Assembly: GCA_036172245.1 (NCBI GenBank)
Contig: JAYWIR010000028.1
Location: forward strand, 434,001-498,000
Direction: 5' to 3'
Length of the DNA: 64,000 nt
Source: Raillietiella orientalis
Lineage: Eukaryota
Position 1 is the first letter of the stretch, and the number at the start of each line of letters is the position of its first letter. Positions 53,077 through 64,000 of this stretch are shown here, one piece after another. The position numbers and the translations under genes were made by a program. The notes under the pieces are model-generated. The model made no database searches. It had not been told where the DNA came from and saw only the letters and a program-made list of their open reading frames with translations.

Positions 53077-53153
53077 GTTCTCGAACTGTTTCCAGCGGCA
53101 CTGTCCACCAGAGGCTGTCAGGTGGACAGTACCGCTGGAAACAGTTCGCGAAC
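53077..53153. repeat. 33-bp near-perfect hairpin with 11-nt loop
   Basis: GTTCtCGAACTGTTTCCAGCGGcACTGTCCACC pairs with GGTGGACAGTaCCGCTGGAAACAGTTCGcGAAC, 31 of 33 positions. Confidence 0.92.
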
Positions 53154-54305
53154 GGATTCTTTCCCTCTCATAAAGCCTCCAGCATCCCTCACGGACTGCA
53201 CATGAGGCTGGCACTTGAAGAGAAAAAAGCGTACTGCTTACCTTCCTATCGTGTTCTAGAAGCTCCACTAGATTAGCGTCGGATTCTATAATTTCAGTTT
53301 TCGCGTTGTGGAACCAGCCAATGACCCCCCCCCCCCCCCAAGAGGCTTGCGCTCGGCACCCAAGAAATCACCGGACTCCTCAGGGGGTGCACTTCCCACA
53401 GGCCACGGCGCGCGCACTGTTGCTGTCTGAGAGCTTGGTCGCCGTGCTTCGGCGGTCCGAGGAGGATGCTGACCACTGCTGGTGCAGCAGTACGGCCACA
53501 GGCAGTACGAGCAGCGTCCACTACCAGCACTGCCCGCTATTTCGCGTGCAGGCGCGCGCTCTTCTCGGCGCGTTTCCCCCGAACGTGGCGGAGGTCCACC
53601 AGCGAATTTGCCGCGTCTTTCGCGTCCCGGTGGGGTCCACGGAAACTCTCAACGATTGGTTTGGCTTTTCTTCCGCTGCTTTCGTCCCCCACGTCTGCGC
53701 TTCGTTTTTCTCCTTTCATCGGCCTGCAGGAGATTTTCTCTCAGGCGGTCGCACAAATTCGTGCTCTGGTGTTCCGTCGGCTATGGTGCGCCCCGCTTTC
53801 CGGAGAAGTGCATCTTCAAAAGCAGCGGTGTGCTCCCAAGTACCTTCAATAAATTCTCGGGTGTTCTTCTTACCTGCAAGAAGACATTCCTGGCTGCCTG
53901 GAGTTTCCAGTACGTTTTCAAGGACTCTATCTGCAGACTTACCTTTGTCCAGTGTAGCGTTCAAAATCAAGGAAATGTTTCGTGTGGCTCTTCTTGCTTC
54001 ATTCTTGCAACTCGTACTCTGACCGTCGTTGTCGAACATCAGTGTTCTGAGAGGTTCTTGCAAGTCGATGGCACGCCGTCGTCGTTCAGCATGTTTACGT
54101 ATTTCCAAAGGTTTCCAAAAGCCAAAAGAACGGTTGCTACGCCTTGGCAAGAAATTTTTTTTTTTTATAAATTTCTGCTTGTTTACGAATGGGTGTGAAT
54201 TTCATCAGCGTCCCGTGTCCTCACCTTCCCCCCCTCCCCCCACTAGAAACGCACTTTCCCTTGACGGAAGAAGTTGTGCCGTTCCCAGAGCACACGAACG
54301 ACCCG

Positions 54306-54369
54306 TGCGCATGCGCGGCCGACAGGCGGTTCCTGGGAGAGGCGGAAGGAGAACCGAGACGCATCAGTC
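54306..54369 (+). promoter_or_regulatory. Putative proximal promoter of sHSP-1: NRF1/Erect-wing palindrome plus Inr
   Basis: TGCGCATGCGC at 54306-54316 and TCAGTC at 54364-54369, about 50 nt before the ATG. No TATA at -30. Confidence 0.45.
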
Positions 54370-54415
54370 TGTTGCTTGCCGAGGCCGAGCGCGGAGGACT
54401 GCAACGAGAAGAGGG

Positions 54416-54936
54416 ATGGCGCTGATCGGGAAGATCTTCGACACTCTGTACGATCCTGCGACTGCTTTGTACCCCTTCGGGTGCGACGACTTCGGTCGGC
54501 TGGCCGCGCCAGGAAGATACGACGATCTGGACCTTCTGCGCGACGCGGACTACGTGAACGACAAGTCCAAGTTCCAGGTGAGGCAGAATGCCCCCCCCCT
54601 TTCCCCTCACCGCTGTCTTTCACGCCCTCTTCGTCTGCGTAGTTCGTGGTGGATGTGCAGCATTTCAGCCCGGAGGAGGTAAACGTCAAGCACGTTGGGA
54701 ACAGCGTCGTCGTGGAAGCCGAGCACAAGGAGAAACATGACGAGCACGGCCTCGTGTATCGTCACTTTGTGCGGAAGTGCCAGATCCCGCCTGACGTGAA
54801 CGCCGAGGAGCTGAAGAGCACCCTCACGAGAGATGGGTTGCTGGTGATCACAGCTCCCAAGAAGCAGGCGGCGCTTCCCGTCAACGAGAGGGTCATTCCT
54901 ATCCAGAAAGTGAATAATCCTCCCGTGAACAACTAA
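54416..54936 (+). CDS. Small heat shock protein (alpha-crystallin/HSP20, l(2)efl-like) 1, 151 aa; exons 54416-54577, 54643-54936
   Basis: VNDKSKFQ|FVVDVQHFSPEEVNVK..EHKEKHDEHG..RHFVRK..LTRDGLLVITAPK..ERVIPI (IXI motif). 65-nt phase-0 intron. AATAAA at 54990. Confidence 0.95.
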
Positions 54937-55464
54937 TGAATTTCCGAGGTGTTCTGTTCATGTATTTTTCGAATTGGAATAATAATAATAATAAAAAAAA
55001 GGCACATCAGTCGTTGGGTTTGAAGGGAGCATCTCAAAAGCAGCTGGGAGATGTTGCAGGAGTGCCGCTTCCCCGCTCGTACAACAATGTACAGCAACGC
55101 GAAACGTACAGTCCGGCAACAACGGAAGGTGCGACGGCAGTACCGAAGTACGAAACCGCCACCTGCGTGCAACACGTTTTTCCCGTACGCCTCCCGGGGG
55201 CTGAATCCGGCAAAGAGGCGTGGGGGATCGGTCAGCCTACGCGCAAGGAGCAAGCGGGGGTGGGTGTGTACACAGGTGTTCGTACACTCGTAGGTCCTCG
55301 CTCACTTCCCCCGGTACGCTCGTGCACGTCGTCGGCCCGTGCGAACACGGGAGGGAACGACGCAGTTTCGCGCGCAATCGCACATCCCGCGAGCAGGGCC
55401 TGGGAAAAGCTTTCCGTCTCCCTGGCGTCGCGCTTGGAAGCGTACGCTCTCGCGTGCCGCCCGC

Positions 55465-55561
55465 GTTCTGGAACTTTCGATAGCGTTCGAGCCGTGCTCG
55501 GAGCTTCTCGAGCCTTCCGCCGACCTATAAAAGCGCTGCGGGAGCGAGCGCCGCGTCATTC
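55465..55561 (+). promoter_or_regulatory. Heat-shock promoter of sHSP-2: two HSEs, TATA and Inr
   Basis: gTTCt-gGAAc-tTTCg (55465-55479), cTTCt-cGAGc-cTTCc (55504-55518), TATAAAAG (55526-55533) and TCATTC (55556-55561) with its A 32 nt after the TATA start. Confidence 0.85.
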
Positions 55562-55623
55562 TGGTGCGTGCTCTCGCAGGGAAAGGAAGTGCTACGGCGT
55601 AGTGTGTCCTTCGGCCAAGCAGC

Positions 55624-56200
55624 ATGGCTCTGTGCAGATGGGATTTGCCCTTCTCCTACGACCCCTTCTACTATGACCCGTTTCACCTCTCGCCGAGGGA
55701 GCTGGAACTGTTCGGTCAGAATTTCGGGATGCCGGTTTTCGGCTACTCCCTGAGACAGCCGGGAAGATTGAACAGGCAGATGAAGCAGCTCCTGAGATGT
55801 GCCGAGAGCGGAGTGTCCAAGATCGTCAACGACGACGACAAGTTTCAGGTGGGTTCCGCCCGGGGCGAAGGGTGAAACGTGCTTACCGGGAAAGCCGCTA
55901 TAGGTCAACCTGGACGTCAGCCATTTCAAGCCCGAGGAGCTCAACGTGAAGGTTACGGACGACTACGTGCACATCGAAGGCAAACACGAAGAGAAGCAGG
56001 ACAACCACGGTGCCATTTCCCGCCACTTCGTCAGAAAGTACGTTTTGCCCAAAAATGTGAAGGTGGATGAGATCCAGTCTTCGCTCACTGATGACGGTGT
56101 TCTCACCGTGACCGCTCCGAAAATACCGAAGGAAGCGTTGCCATCGAACGAAAGAGCCATTCCGATAAATGCGCAAAAACCTGCTGCTGTGAAGCAATAG
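55624..56200 (+). CDS. Small heat shock protein (alpha-crystallin/HSP20, l(2)efl-like) 2, 173 aa; exons 55624-55848, 55904-56200
   Basis: LFGQNFG, SGVSKIVNDDDKFQ|VNLDVSHFKPEELNVK..IEGKHEEKQDNHG.ISRHFVRKY.LP..SSLTDDGVLTVTAPK..ERAIPI. The 55-nt intron is at the same position as in sHSP-1. AATAAA at 56203. Confidence 0.97.
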
Positions 56201-57497
56201 TAAATAAAAGTGTATTGATGATTACTGGAAGCCAGGTGGATCTCGAGGGGAAGTAGCGAGGGCGTGCCTGGGACGCGCGGGCCTTTCAGGACGCTCCGCG
56301 CGTACCCGGCTGGGGGAACCGCGCACAGTGCGCCGCAGGGATGTCGCGCGCGCTGCGCATGCGCCCGCGCGTGTACGCTTAGCAACTGCGAGGAAAGTCC
56401 ACAAGCACGCGAGCGTGTCGCCAGGTGTTCCTCGGCACGGCTTGGCAAATCTCCACTGCGCGTCCCCATCCCGTGGTGTTTGGAAGCCCCAGCTGTCCCC
56501 CTTGACCCTCCGCAAGAGTGGCGTGCCAGCGAAGTACGCATTTCTCTCGCGCTTCCTTTCTCGGAAAATTTCCTCCCTTTCCAATCGTACACAGCGTTGA
56601 CCGCACGTACGTGAAAAAAAACAAAAACAAAGGAAACGTGTGTCCACGGCCTGGTCTGGTCGCGCAGACTTGACGTGGGTTCTCTACGCGAGCATCCCAG
56701 CATCCCAGTGGTTCCGCCCTTGTCATTATCGTCATTGAGAAGCAATTCTTTTTCTAGATCATTTCTGGCTTGCAAGTGGACGACAGTCAGACGGACAATC
56801 AACGGATGGACAGGCGGACGCTCATCCATTTTTAGATCATCATTAGATTTACAGGCAATCATTCGATTTTCCTTTGGATGCGACTTAGCGCTCTGTTTGC
56901 GGGGGATCCGTTTCCATGGAAACCTCTCTCGGGCGTTTCGGCTATTTCCAAGCCTCCGGATGCGATCTGCACTGGGGGGCATGCTTGAGCCCGGCTAACG
57001 CGTGCCCCTCGCGTGACTCCCCCGCGTCGTAGGGGGGTCCACCGTGTTCCTGTTGAATTTTTCTGGAACACGCAAAACTTCTCATTCCGTTTCTTTGCTT
57101 CGCAATGGTTGGGGTCAGTGGTACCAGATCTCTCCTGCCTACGCACGTTCAACTGAGATGCAGCAACCTGGAGGTTGAACGAAAAAAAAAAAGGAGGGGA
57201 ATGTGCTTCATCATCCCATCCATTACATGAATAATCAAAAGTAATTTTACAGCTGCCACCTATGCTTTTGTCGATACTTTCACCAAATAAGCTTTAAGGC
57301 GATATTCTATGCGTTTGAACACAATGTGAAACAGCCATTACGAAAAAGACGATGCCGTTGGAAATGGCTTGCGGGCACTTCCGATGGTGGATAAACGTCG
57401 AATGGTGAACTATTTTTTTTATTTCAATTAAAAACTAAATCAGCATGCATTTTTCCCCCTATATCTTTCAATGTGCATTTTATTTTGTTTTTTTTTT

Positions 57498-57523
57498 GGT
57501 GGTGGTGGTGGTGGTGGTGGTGG
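57498..57523. repeat. (GGT)n microsatellite
   Basis: Directly visible. Confidence 0.9.
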
Positions 57524-57695
57524 GAGAGCTTTGCATTTACTACCAATTCGCTTCCCCATGCACATACCTAAACAACAGGTAAGTGCACACATGCTGCGTT
57601 TCTAAACAAGTCGAATAACATGTCAAGATGTTAAGTTTACTTTACCCGTTATACGGGACTGCTTATCGCGTTGTACGGGGAGCGCGCTATACGGA

Positions 57696-58234
57696 AGTCC
57701 ACTGTATTCGTACATTCGCCATGTGCAGGCTTCCTATGTGACGAGTATTCAGCAGACCAGTGGACGTTCGGTCGGCGGCTGGTGCCAGAGGGTGCAGGCG
57801 TGGGCACGACCCGTTTGCTCAAGGGCCGTTCCACACATGCCAAGAGGGTCGGAACCGTTGGTCGGAAATTCGGATGCCAGTTTCCGGCTGAGAGGAAACG
57901 GGCAGGTGACACAACGTGGAGACCTGGAGGAGACGTGCGGAAGATGAAGTGTCGGAAAAAATTATTAGCGACGAGCCACACAACTCCCTGATTGGACTTG
58001 TCCGTCTGGTGACTGATTCATACGTTTGCTGAGAGAAAGCCACGACAAGTCGATCTGAACGCCATTTTAAACCTGAGAGAGAGCTGAAAAGTAAAGGTCA
58101 ATCGAGAAACCTTTACAGCTCTCGGGTCATGACCGAACTTTCTGACACCAGCCGCCGGTCGAACGTTCACTGGTTTGCTGAATGCTCGTTACGTAGGAAG
58201 CCCGCACACAGTAATCGTACGAATACAGTGGACT
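57696..58234. repeat. Long inverted repeat: 94-nt arms (57696-57789 and 58141-58234) around a 351-nt spacer
   Basis: The outer 18 bp are perfect, then a short diverged loop, then a 68-nt core with 9 transition differences. Confidence 0.92.
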
Positions 58235-60149
58235 CGGCGGTCTGAGGACAGTAGTTCGAGGCAAAAACTTCGGGCAAACCTTTAGTACATGAGCAAGAGA
58301 GAGGCTCTGAACAAGTTTACAGCCGTAAATGTGTCCACGAAGATCAAAGTTTCGATCACTTGATCGCGAATCTTCCTTTCTTCGCCGGCGCGCACAGCAT
58401 GTATATGAAGTGGCACATGGTCTACCATTCTACCATGGACCCTGCAAGAGATCGTTTAGAACCCACAGAAGCTGCTGTGGGCCTCGTTCACCCCCCTTGC
58501 CCCGGTGCTGTCCTCTTTGGAAAGCATTAGGGACAGCGACGGACCGGCAAAGTGGGAAGTGACCTGCCTCGTCGATGGCAGGAAAAAAAAACTGTTACAC
58601 GCGCGGGCATGTCGGCATCTAGAAGACGCTGCGACCCCAACTGTCCGGCCAAAATGACTTTTACGCAGCGGCGAGCTTCTCGCGGTACCTCCTCCGGAGG
58701 AGGCGAAGTGGCCCCCAGCGTGTTGCAACAGTGGCGCCCTCCCCACGAAGTGGCAGTAGGTGGCGTTGCTAATGTTGCAGTGGGGAATCCCATGCAAAGC
58801 ACCCCTCTCTCAATGGACACTTGGTAGTGTGGATGCCCTCTGCGAAAGATGCGGGGAGTAACAGACTTTGCCTCACCTTCTGTTGGGCCGTACCGCCCTC
58901 TGGCCCCTTTGGGATCGTCTATCGACAATCCCGAAGTTTCAAGGAGGCGGCACCAGGGACATTTTTTGGCGCCTCTTTACGCGCGCCTCTCTGCCCCCGG
59001 CCACGGTCACAGCAGTACTTTGCTGTATTCGCGGAGTCGTGGCGGCATGGAACGCATCCAGAAGAGGACAGAATGGCAGGGATGCCATCCACTGGACCCG
59101 GATCTTTTTTGGAGACCGCATCTAGATGGCCCCACCTGGGCAATGAAAGGACGCATCTTGTTGGTATCCTGAACAGAATCTAGAGGGAGTATCCGGGCGA
59201 ACAGCGATCCCTTCCCGCCCTCCCTTCTCCCCAAAACCTTGTTGTTTGTTTCGTTTTGTTTGCTTCTTTCCCTCCCCCCCCCCCTTCCCGCCGCGGAAAG
59301 GACCTCGCCGGTTTTCGGACAGGCGACCGACAAGTCGCTGGCACGTGGAGAATCATTACACAAAAAGGAATCCCGGTTGAGATGCTGAAGTCGTCCTAGA
59401 TGCAGTTCCTGAGGAGAAAAAAGGTCTCCTAAAAAATGTCGGCAAGCAAGCCGGTGCTGTTGGTCCTGCTGATAGAGCTCCTGCACCTGGAACCACGTCT
59501 TCGAGAGAGGATTCAAAAACACCACCGCTGCCTCAGTTTGGGGCGGGACTACCTCCGAAAGGGAAAAGAAAATTCGCAGCGATTCATTCCACTTTTTTTA
59601 AAAAGAACAAAAAACGAATTTACCGGCAAAGGCACATCCTTTGGGAAGTAATCAAGTCGGAACTGTAACAATTGTGCTCGAATTCGGCGCAAACGAAAAT
59701 TACGAAGATAATTATGCTATTCCTTTGCGATACATCCAACTGCAAGCTTCACGCAAACTTGAGACAGCACGCTCCTGGCACATTTTCCTCAATCGCTCGT
59801 TCGAGAATTTTCTCATCTTAACGGGGAAGTGAGTGACGACGTGACGGACGTGTCTCAAATGTGGGGGGGAAAAAAAATAAAAAGATCCTGGACGCATGTT
59901 TTGGTTCATTTCCAATCAAGTGTTTTAAGGAACCCATCTCATAGAACATCACACTAAATCTGAAATCTGCCTTCAAACTAGGAAATTTTGCTTTCCTCTG
60001 GCAGATTTGGTCAGCTGCTTATTGCTTTTTGTTCTTTTGCGTCATCCTCCCGTGGACCGTCGTCTTCCATGCGGATTGTCACGGACCGTCGTATTGGAAA
60101 GCCTCTCACTTACGAGAGGGCTGTGAAGAGTAAGAGTTGGACTTGTTCT

Positions 60150-60940
60150 GTTATCCGAGTCGTATCACTCGAAGTGTGGACAAACACTTCGAGAGCCCTG
60201 GAGTAAGGACACGCTCATCTGAAGAGGATGCAGACGAAGTAGGTGGACACCTTTTCTGTTCCTCAGGATCCCCTGTTCCTTCTGCTCACTCAGTCGTAGG
60301 CTTCATGCAGCCCGCTTCAGTCATGGCCGTGCAACCAGAACCTCGTGGAATCTTTTATGGGAACGCAGCTGTCTCCAGCTGTAGCTGCTGCGTCTTCCAG
60401 ACACAGCTTCCGTCCCCTCAAAGCGACTGATCACGATCCACTTTAACTCCGGTTCGTGAGTGGTACAGTGCGAGGTGTTAAAGAGGAGCATGCTTCTCCT
60501 TGGCGCTCACCCGCAGGATTCGCCCACCTCATTGCTGTTTCCAGGTAAGCGTTTTCCCTCTCTTGGAAGGGAGTCGAACATTCCTGAAAGGGGTACAACG
60601 GAGAGCGGACCCCCCACACCGGGGGAACCCCTCCGGTTTCAAGATGGAGCAGGAGCCCTCACGGGCACCTCTCCAGTTGTTCAAAGGAGCGAATCCCTCC
60701 CCTGTTGCGGGGGGGACCCTCCGAGTCGTCGCCTCTTCACAGAGTGTGCACAAGGAAGCAAGCGAGGGCGATTCCCCTGCGGGAAGCTGCAGCGCCCCTT
60801 CTGAGTTTCGGAAGCGTCCCTTCGGGGTTCTCTTCAGAGGAGTGAAGAGGAGCGGTTCCCTTGCGGGTTCATTCCGGAGGAGAAGATGGAATGGAGAGGA
60901 CCACTCCCCTACCAGGGGGTGTCCCTTCGGAGACAACCAG
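60150..60940 (-). mobile_element. Possible Ty3/gypsy RT relic
   Basis: EWSSPFHLL (cf. PWSSPLHLV), TPF/GMFDSL (cf. TPFGLFEFL) and SKCL..VIRLG. Confidence 0.25.
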
Positions 60941-62599
60941 CGTGGAGGCGCGATCCCCCCTCCCGGAGGAATCCCTCCTTAGGCGCGAGAGGAACCGGAC
61001 TCCGAGTCCTTCCTGGATTCATGGGGAGGACCCCCATCCCGGGGTGCCCCCTATCTTGAAGAATTACACTCACCCTCCGCGCGTGTGGCGTGGTGTGAAC
61101 GAGCCAAGTGCGCGCCGCGAGGCACGCGACCGGCTCTTGAGGTACTTAGCGAACCAAAAAAAAATAAAACCCGAAAAAAAAAAAAAAAAAAAGCTGGAAA
61201 GGAAAAAACAGAGAAGGCAGAGAAGAACCCAAAAGGATTTCCATCATCCATTCCAAGGGAGAATTGCTTTCCACTTTACTCTTCTTCATCCTCTCACACA
61301 ACTGTGGATGTTAACGGTGCGCAAGCACAAATGGTGAACACCAAGAAATCGAATGCTACTTAATCCTCAAAGGGTCACTGCTTGCGAAACCTTTGCGCTT
61401 TTCTGTGCAAGGATGTTCTCGATATTGGCAGGACTGTCAAGAGGAAGGACAGCAAGAAAAAGCACCTGACCGTCAACGTAGTAATAGAAAAAAAAAAAAA
61501 AGGGAGTTTCATTCTTTCAAGAAAAAAAAAAAAAAAACTCGTATTTTCAGGAGATCTTTTCTGCATTCTGACATACAAGGAGAAATTTGAAAAGCAAAAC
61601 ATCAGTGATGGACACTGTTGCACTATTGCTCTCCCCGAGTAGTAAAAGAAAAAAAGAAGCGATATCAGGAAGAAAATTTGGAGAGGTTAGAAGCGAGGAT
61701 GGATTCGAATCAGTGCAGGATTTTTCATCAGAAAAACTAGGAAATGAGCACCATCCAATGCTGGAGCTAAAATTGCATGGCTCCATTCTTGGTGACCTGA
61801 TGACTTGTGCGTTCGTATCACAGCCGCGATTCCGGTACACGGGCCGAAGCCTCTGAAACTTTCAGTAATCAAAAATGGCGAAGAGGGAATCGACAAAAGG
61901 GCATCCTCAATCAAGAAGGACAAGTCTGGACGGATACCTGTTTGAAAGAGAACCCGAGGAAAAGAAGATGAGGGCAGATGGGCTCGGATCAAAGCCTGAT
62001 CAAATCCAAAAAATACAACTGTGTGGGATCTTTTTTTTCCTCTCCCCATTTCGGTTAGTACGTTCAATGAAAAGAGGTCTTTTTCCTGCATATGTATTCG
62101 ATGCTGCTTAAAACAGCATGTGAAAGGGACTTCACCCGCTGTTGCAGTGGCATCAGATTTTTTCCATATCCATCCTTCGTGGCTGCGCCAGCGGGCGTTT
62201 TGTCGTTTTCGTTATGATTTGCATCGAGGGAGTTTTGAAGCAGTTTAAAATTGCGGTAGCCTTGGAACTTTTAGTATGCAGTTCATGGCTCTATTGATGC
62301 ACGCGTATGTATACTATTTCTTCTTCTTCTTCAAGATTTCCTTGATCCACTGCTAAAAAACAAAAACGAGCAGAGATAAGCAGATGGATACTTCGTGTCA
62401 TACGAAAGCCGCACGGGGAAGTTGCACAAGGGTGAACAACACTTTTGTCTTCCGCTTGAGGTCGAGGTGTCCCCCAGTGCAGCAGGTTCATTGACATTTT
62501 TCAAAACAGAAGCGATGTTGCTGTTTTATTCGTCCGTAACTGCTACTGATGGTTTCCATCATCTTCTTTCAGATTGATGTCGATTGCTCCCTCACTTCT

Positions 62600-63800
62600 G
62601 CTCGTCGTGTTGGTTTGCCTATGCAAGCACCGTGCACCTTCGGTCTAATTCCGTGTGACGGTGCACCAAAGCGCTTCGTTTGTTCCACCAACACACGAGG
62701 TGCAGCCACGATAATCCATGCCTGCGAAACCAAAGCCCGGGAATCGGCTCGAATCACGATAAAGGAGACTCAGAAGCCACTCGATCTCGGAATCCACCCT
62801 TCCGACCTCTCTCGTTTCGTCTTCGCGGAGAGAGCGGCGAGTCGTGCGAGCGGAGCCTTCGATCCCGCAAAGTCCACGAGCTGAGGCGGAACCGTCGAGG
62901 ACCGCCCGCACTCACTACCCATAAGGTGAAACAGACGGCAATTTCGGGGAAAAGCACTTTCCGCGCACGCCGCAGAAGACACGTTTCTGCAACCATTTCG
63001 CATTCTCCGGTTGATGCCACTTGTCGAAAGGGCTACTCCCAAAGAGTTGGGAAGGTGCGATTGCCGCTGCAAGCAAAACGTCGGCAGGCAGCCTTACCAC
63101 ACACACTTACACACGTTGTCCGCAACCTTTGCTAAGGTTGCTCTGGAAGGCTTTCCTCCTTCCCAAGCCAGCACCGACAAAGTCGCCCCACCCGTGGTTC
63201 GATTGGTGATGAGAACAAAATGCCCAAACTGGTCCGCTTTCGTCCTCAGGTCCCTTCGAGGATACTCCGACGGCTTCACCTTTTATTTGTGCGTCAGCAG
63301 TGCCCGCATTCAGATGTAGTGCCGACGAGGAATGTGTTCTCGTCTTTACTTTGTAACAGTATGTATACGAAACGAAATGGAGCACGGGACTCGCGTTAAA
63401 GAACACGAGTGCTGTTTTCCATAGCGCTGTAGTAGAACTGACTTTAGAGGGCAGCTGTTGAATTCTATGACCGTACCGATTGAAGACCTCATCCGCTCGG
63501 CACGGAGCGATTTCGATTTGAAATAGATCAAGCCGATTCCCTGAAAAATTGATGAAGACAAATCAATTTTGTTTGTGCCTGCGATTTATCAGCCGTCTAC
63601 CATGGATTTACTGATGAATCTTCCTCAAAAAACCTCAGCAAAGCAGCAATCGTCTTATCTTGGCGAAACAGCAATTCTTATCCGTCAGTTTAACATTTAT
63701 TTATCTTCGGTGCGAAATGCTGCACACCGGGCGGTGACTGCAAAAAATAAGTACCTTCTGAATCAGCACACAACAGAAATTTTGCTTTTGCGACATACGT
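62600..63800 (-). mobile_element. Degenerate BEL/Pao integrase-region relic
   Basis: FAVTARCAAF (cf. LRVTAW..RF), RSSTVPPQLVDFAGS (cf. R....PF...GVDFAGP) and AWIIVAAP. Confidence 0.35.
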
Positions 63801-64000
63801 CACGACGTTCTTCAGCATCCACGACCTTAGCAATCTTTTTCATCAAGGATGATTGAGAAGTGACGGTGCTACAAATATATCAATACGAATACACATCCAT
63901 GGGGATGGTACAGCAGTTTGTCATCATCAGATGTCAACGAAAGCAGCCATGTCAGATTGCATTTGGGAAACGCGGGCATCCAAAACATGCCCTGGGATAT

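Noticed and set aside
51036..54198. Several 230-280 aa ORFs (51036, 52167, 53306, 53482)
   Set aside because: No domains, non-ATG starts in most cases, and they run through homopolymer tracts. Expected in GC-rich non-coding or relic DNA.
55963..56982. 339-aa minus-strand ORF
   Set aside because: Antisense shadow over sHSP-2 exon 2 and GC-rich DNA, with no recognisable domain.
58751..58768. CTCF-like TGGCAGTAGGTGGCG
   Set aside because: A single partial motif match, which cannot be supported from sequence alone.
61690..61725. B-box-like GGATTCGAATC (also near 49635)
   Set aside because: No A-box at proper spacing and no cloverleaf; not a tRNA.
1..64000. CRISPR arrays, bacterial operons, rRNA or horizontally acquired prokaryotic genes
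   Set aside because: No regularly spaced repeats and no rRNA motifs; all recognisable genes are spliced and animal-type.

Overview
Eukaryotic, animal DNA, most likely panarthropod (inferred from TCAKTY initiators, peritrophin-A domains and l(2)efl-type small HSPs). Eight spliced protein-coding genes can be rebuilt by hand. They are: a small multi-pass membrane protein (-), SMSr/SAMD8 (+), a secreted protein with two chitin-binding type-2 domains (+), a SWIB-only spp27/UAF30-like protein (-), INPP5E (+), RAB24 (+, only 256 nt after INPP5E), and a tandem pair of alpha-crystallin small heat-shock genes (+). Most introns are tiny (40-56 nt). Intergenic space holds many heavily decayed BEL/Pao LTR and LINE relics, recognised by eye and at low confidence. 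The main leads are: an INPP5E-RAB24 cassette with no visible promoter between the genes; a distal HSE-linked exon that could add an Arg-rich N-terminus to one sHSP; a G:U-biased long inverted repeat and several near-perfect hairpins; and a GC-AG intron in RAB24. No tRNA, rRNA or CRISPR features were supportable.
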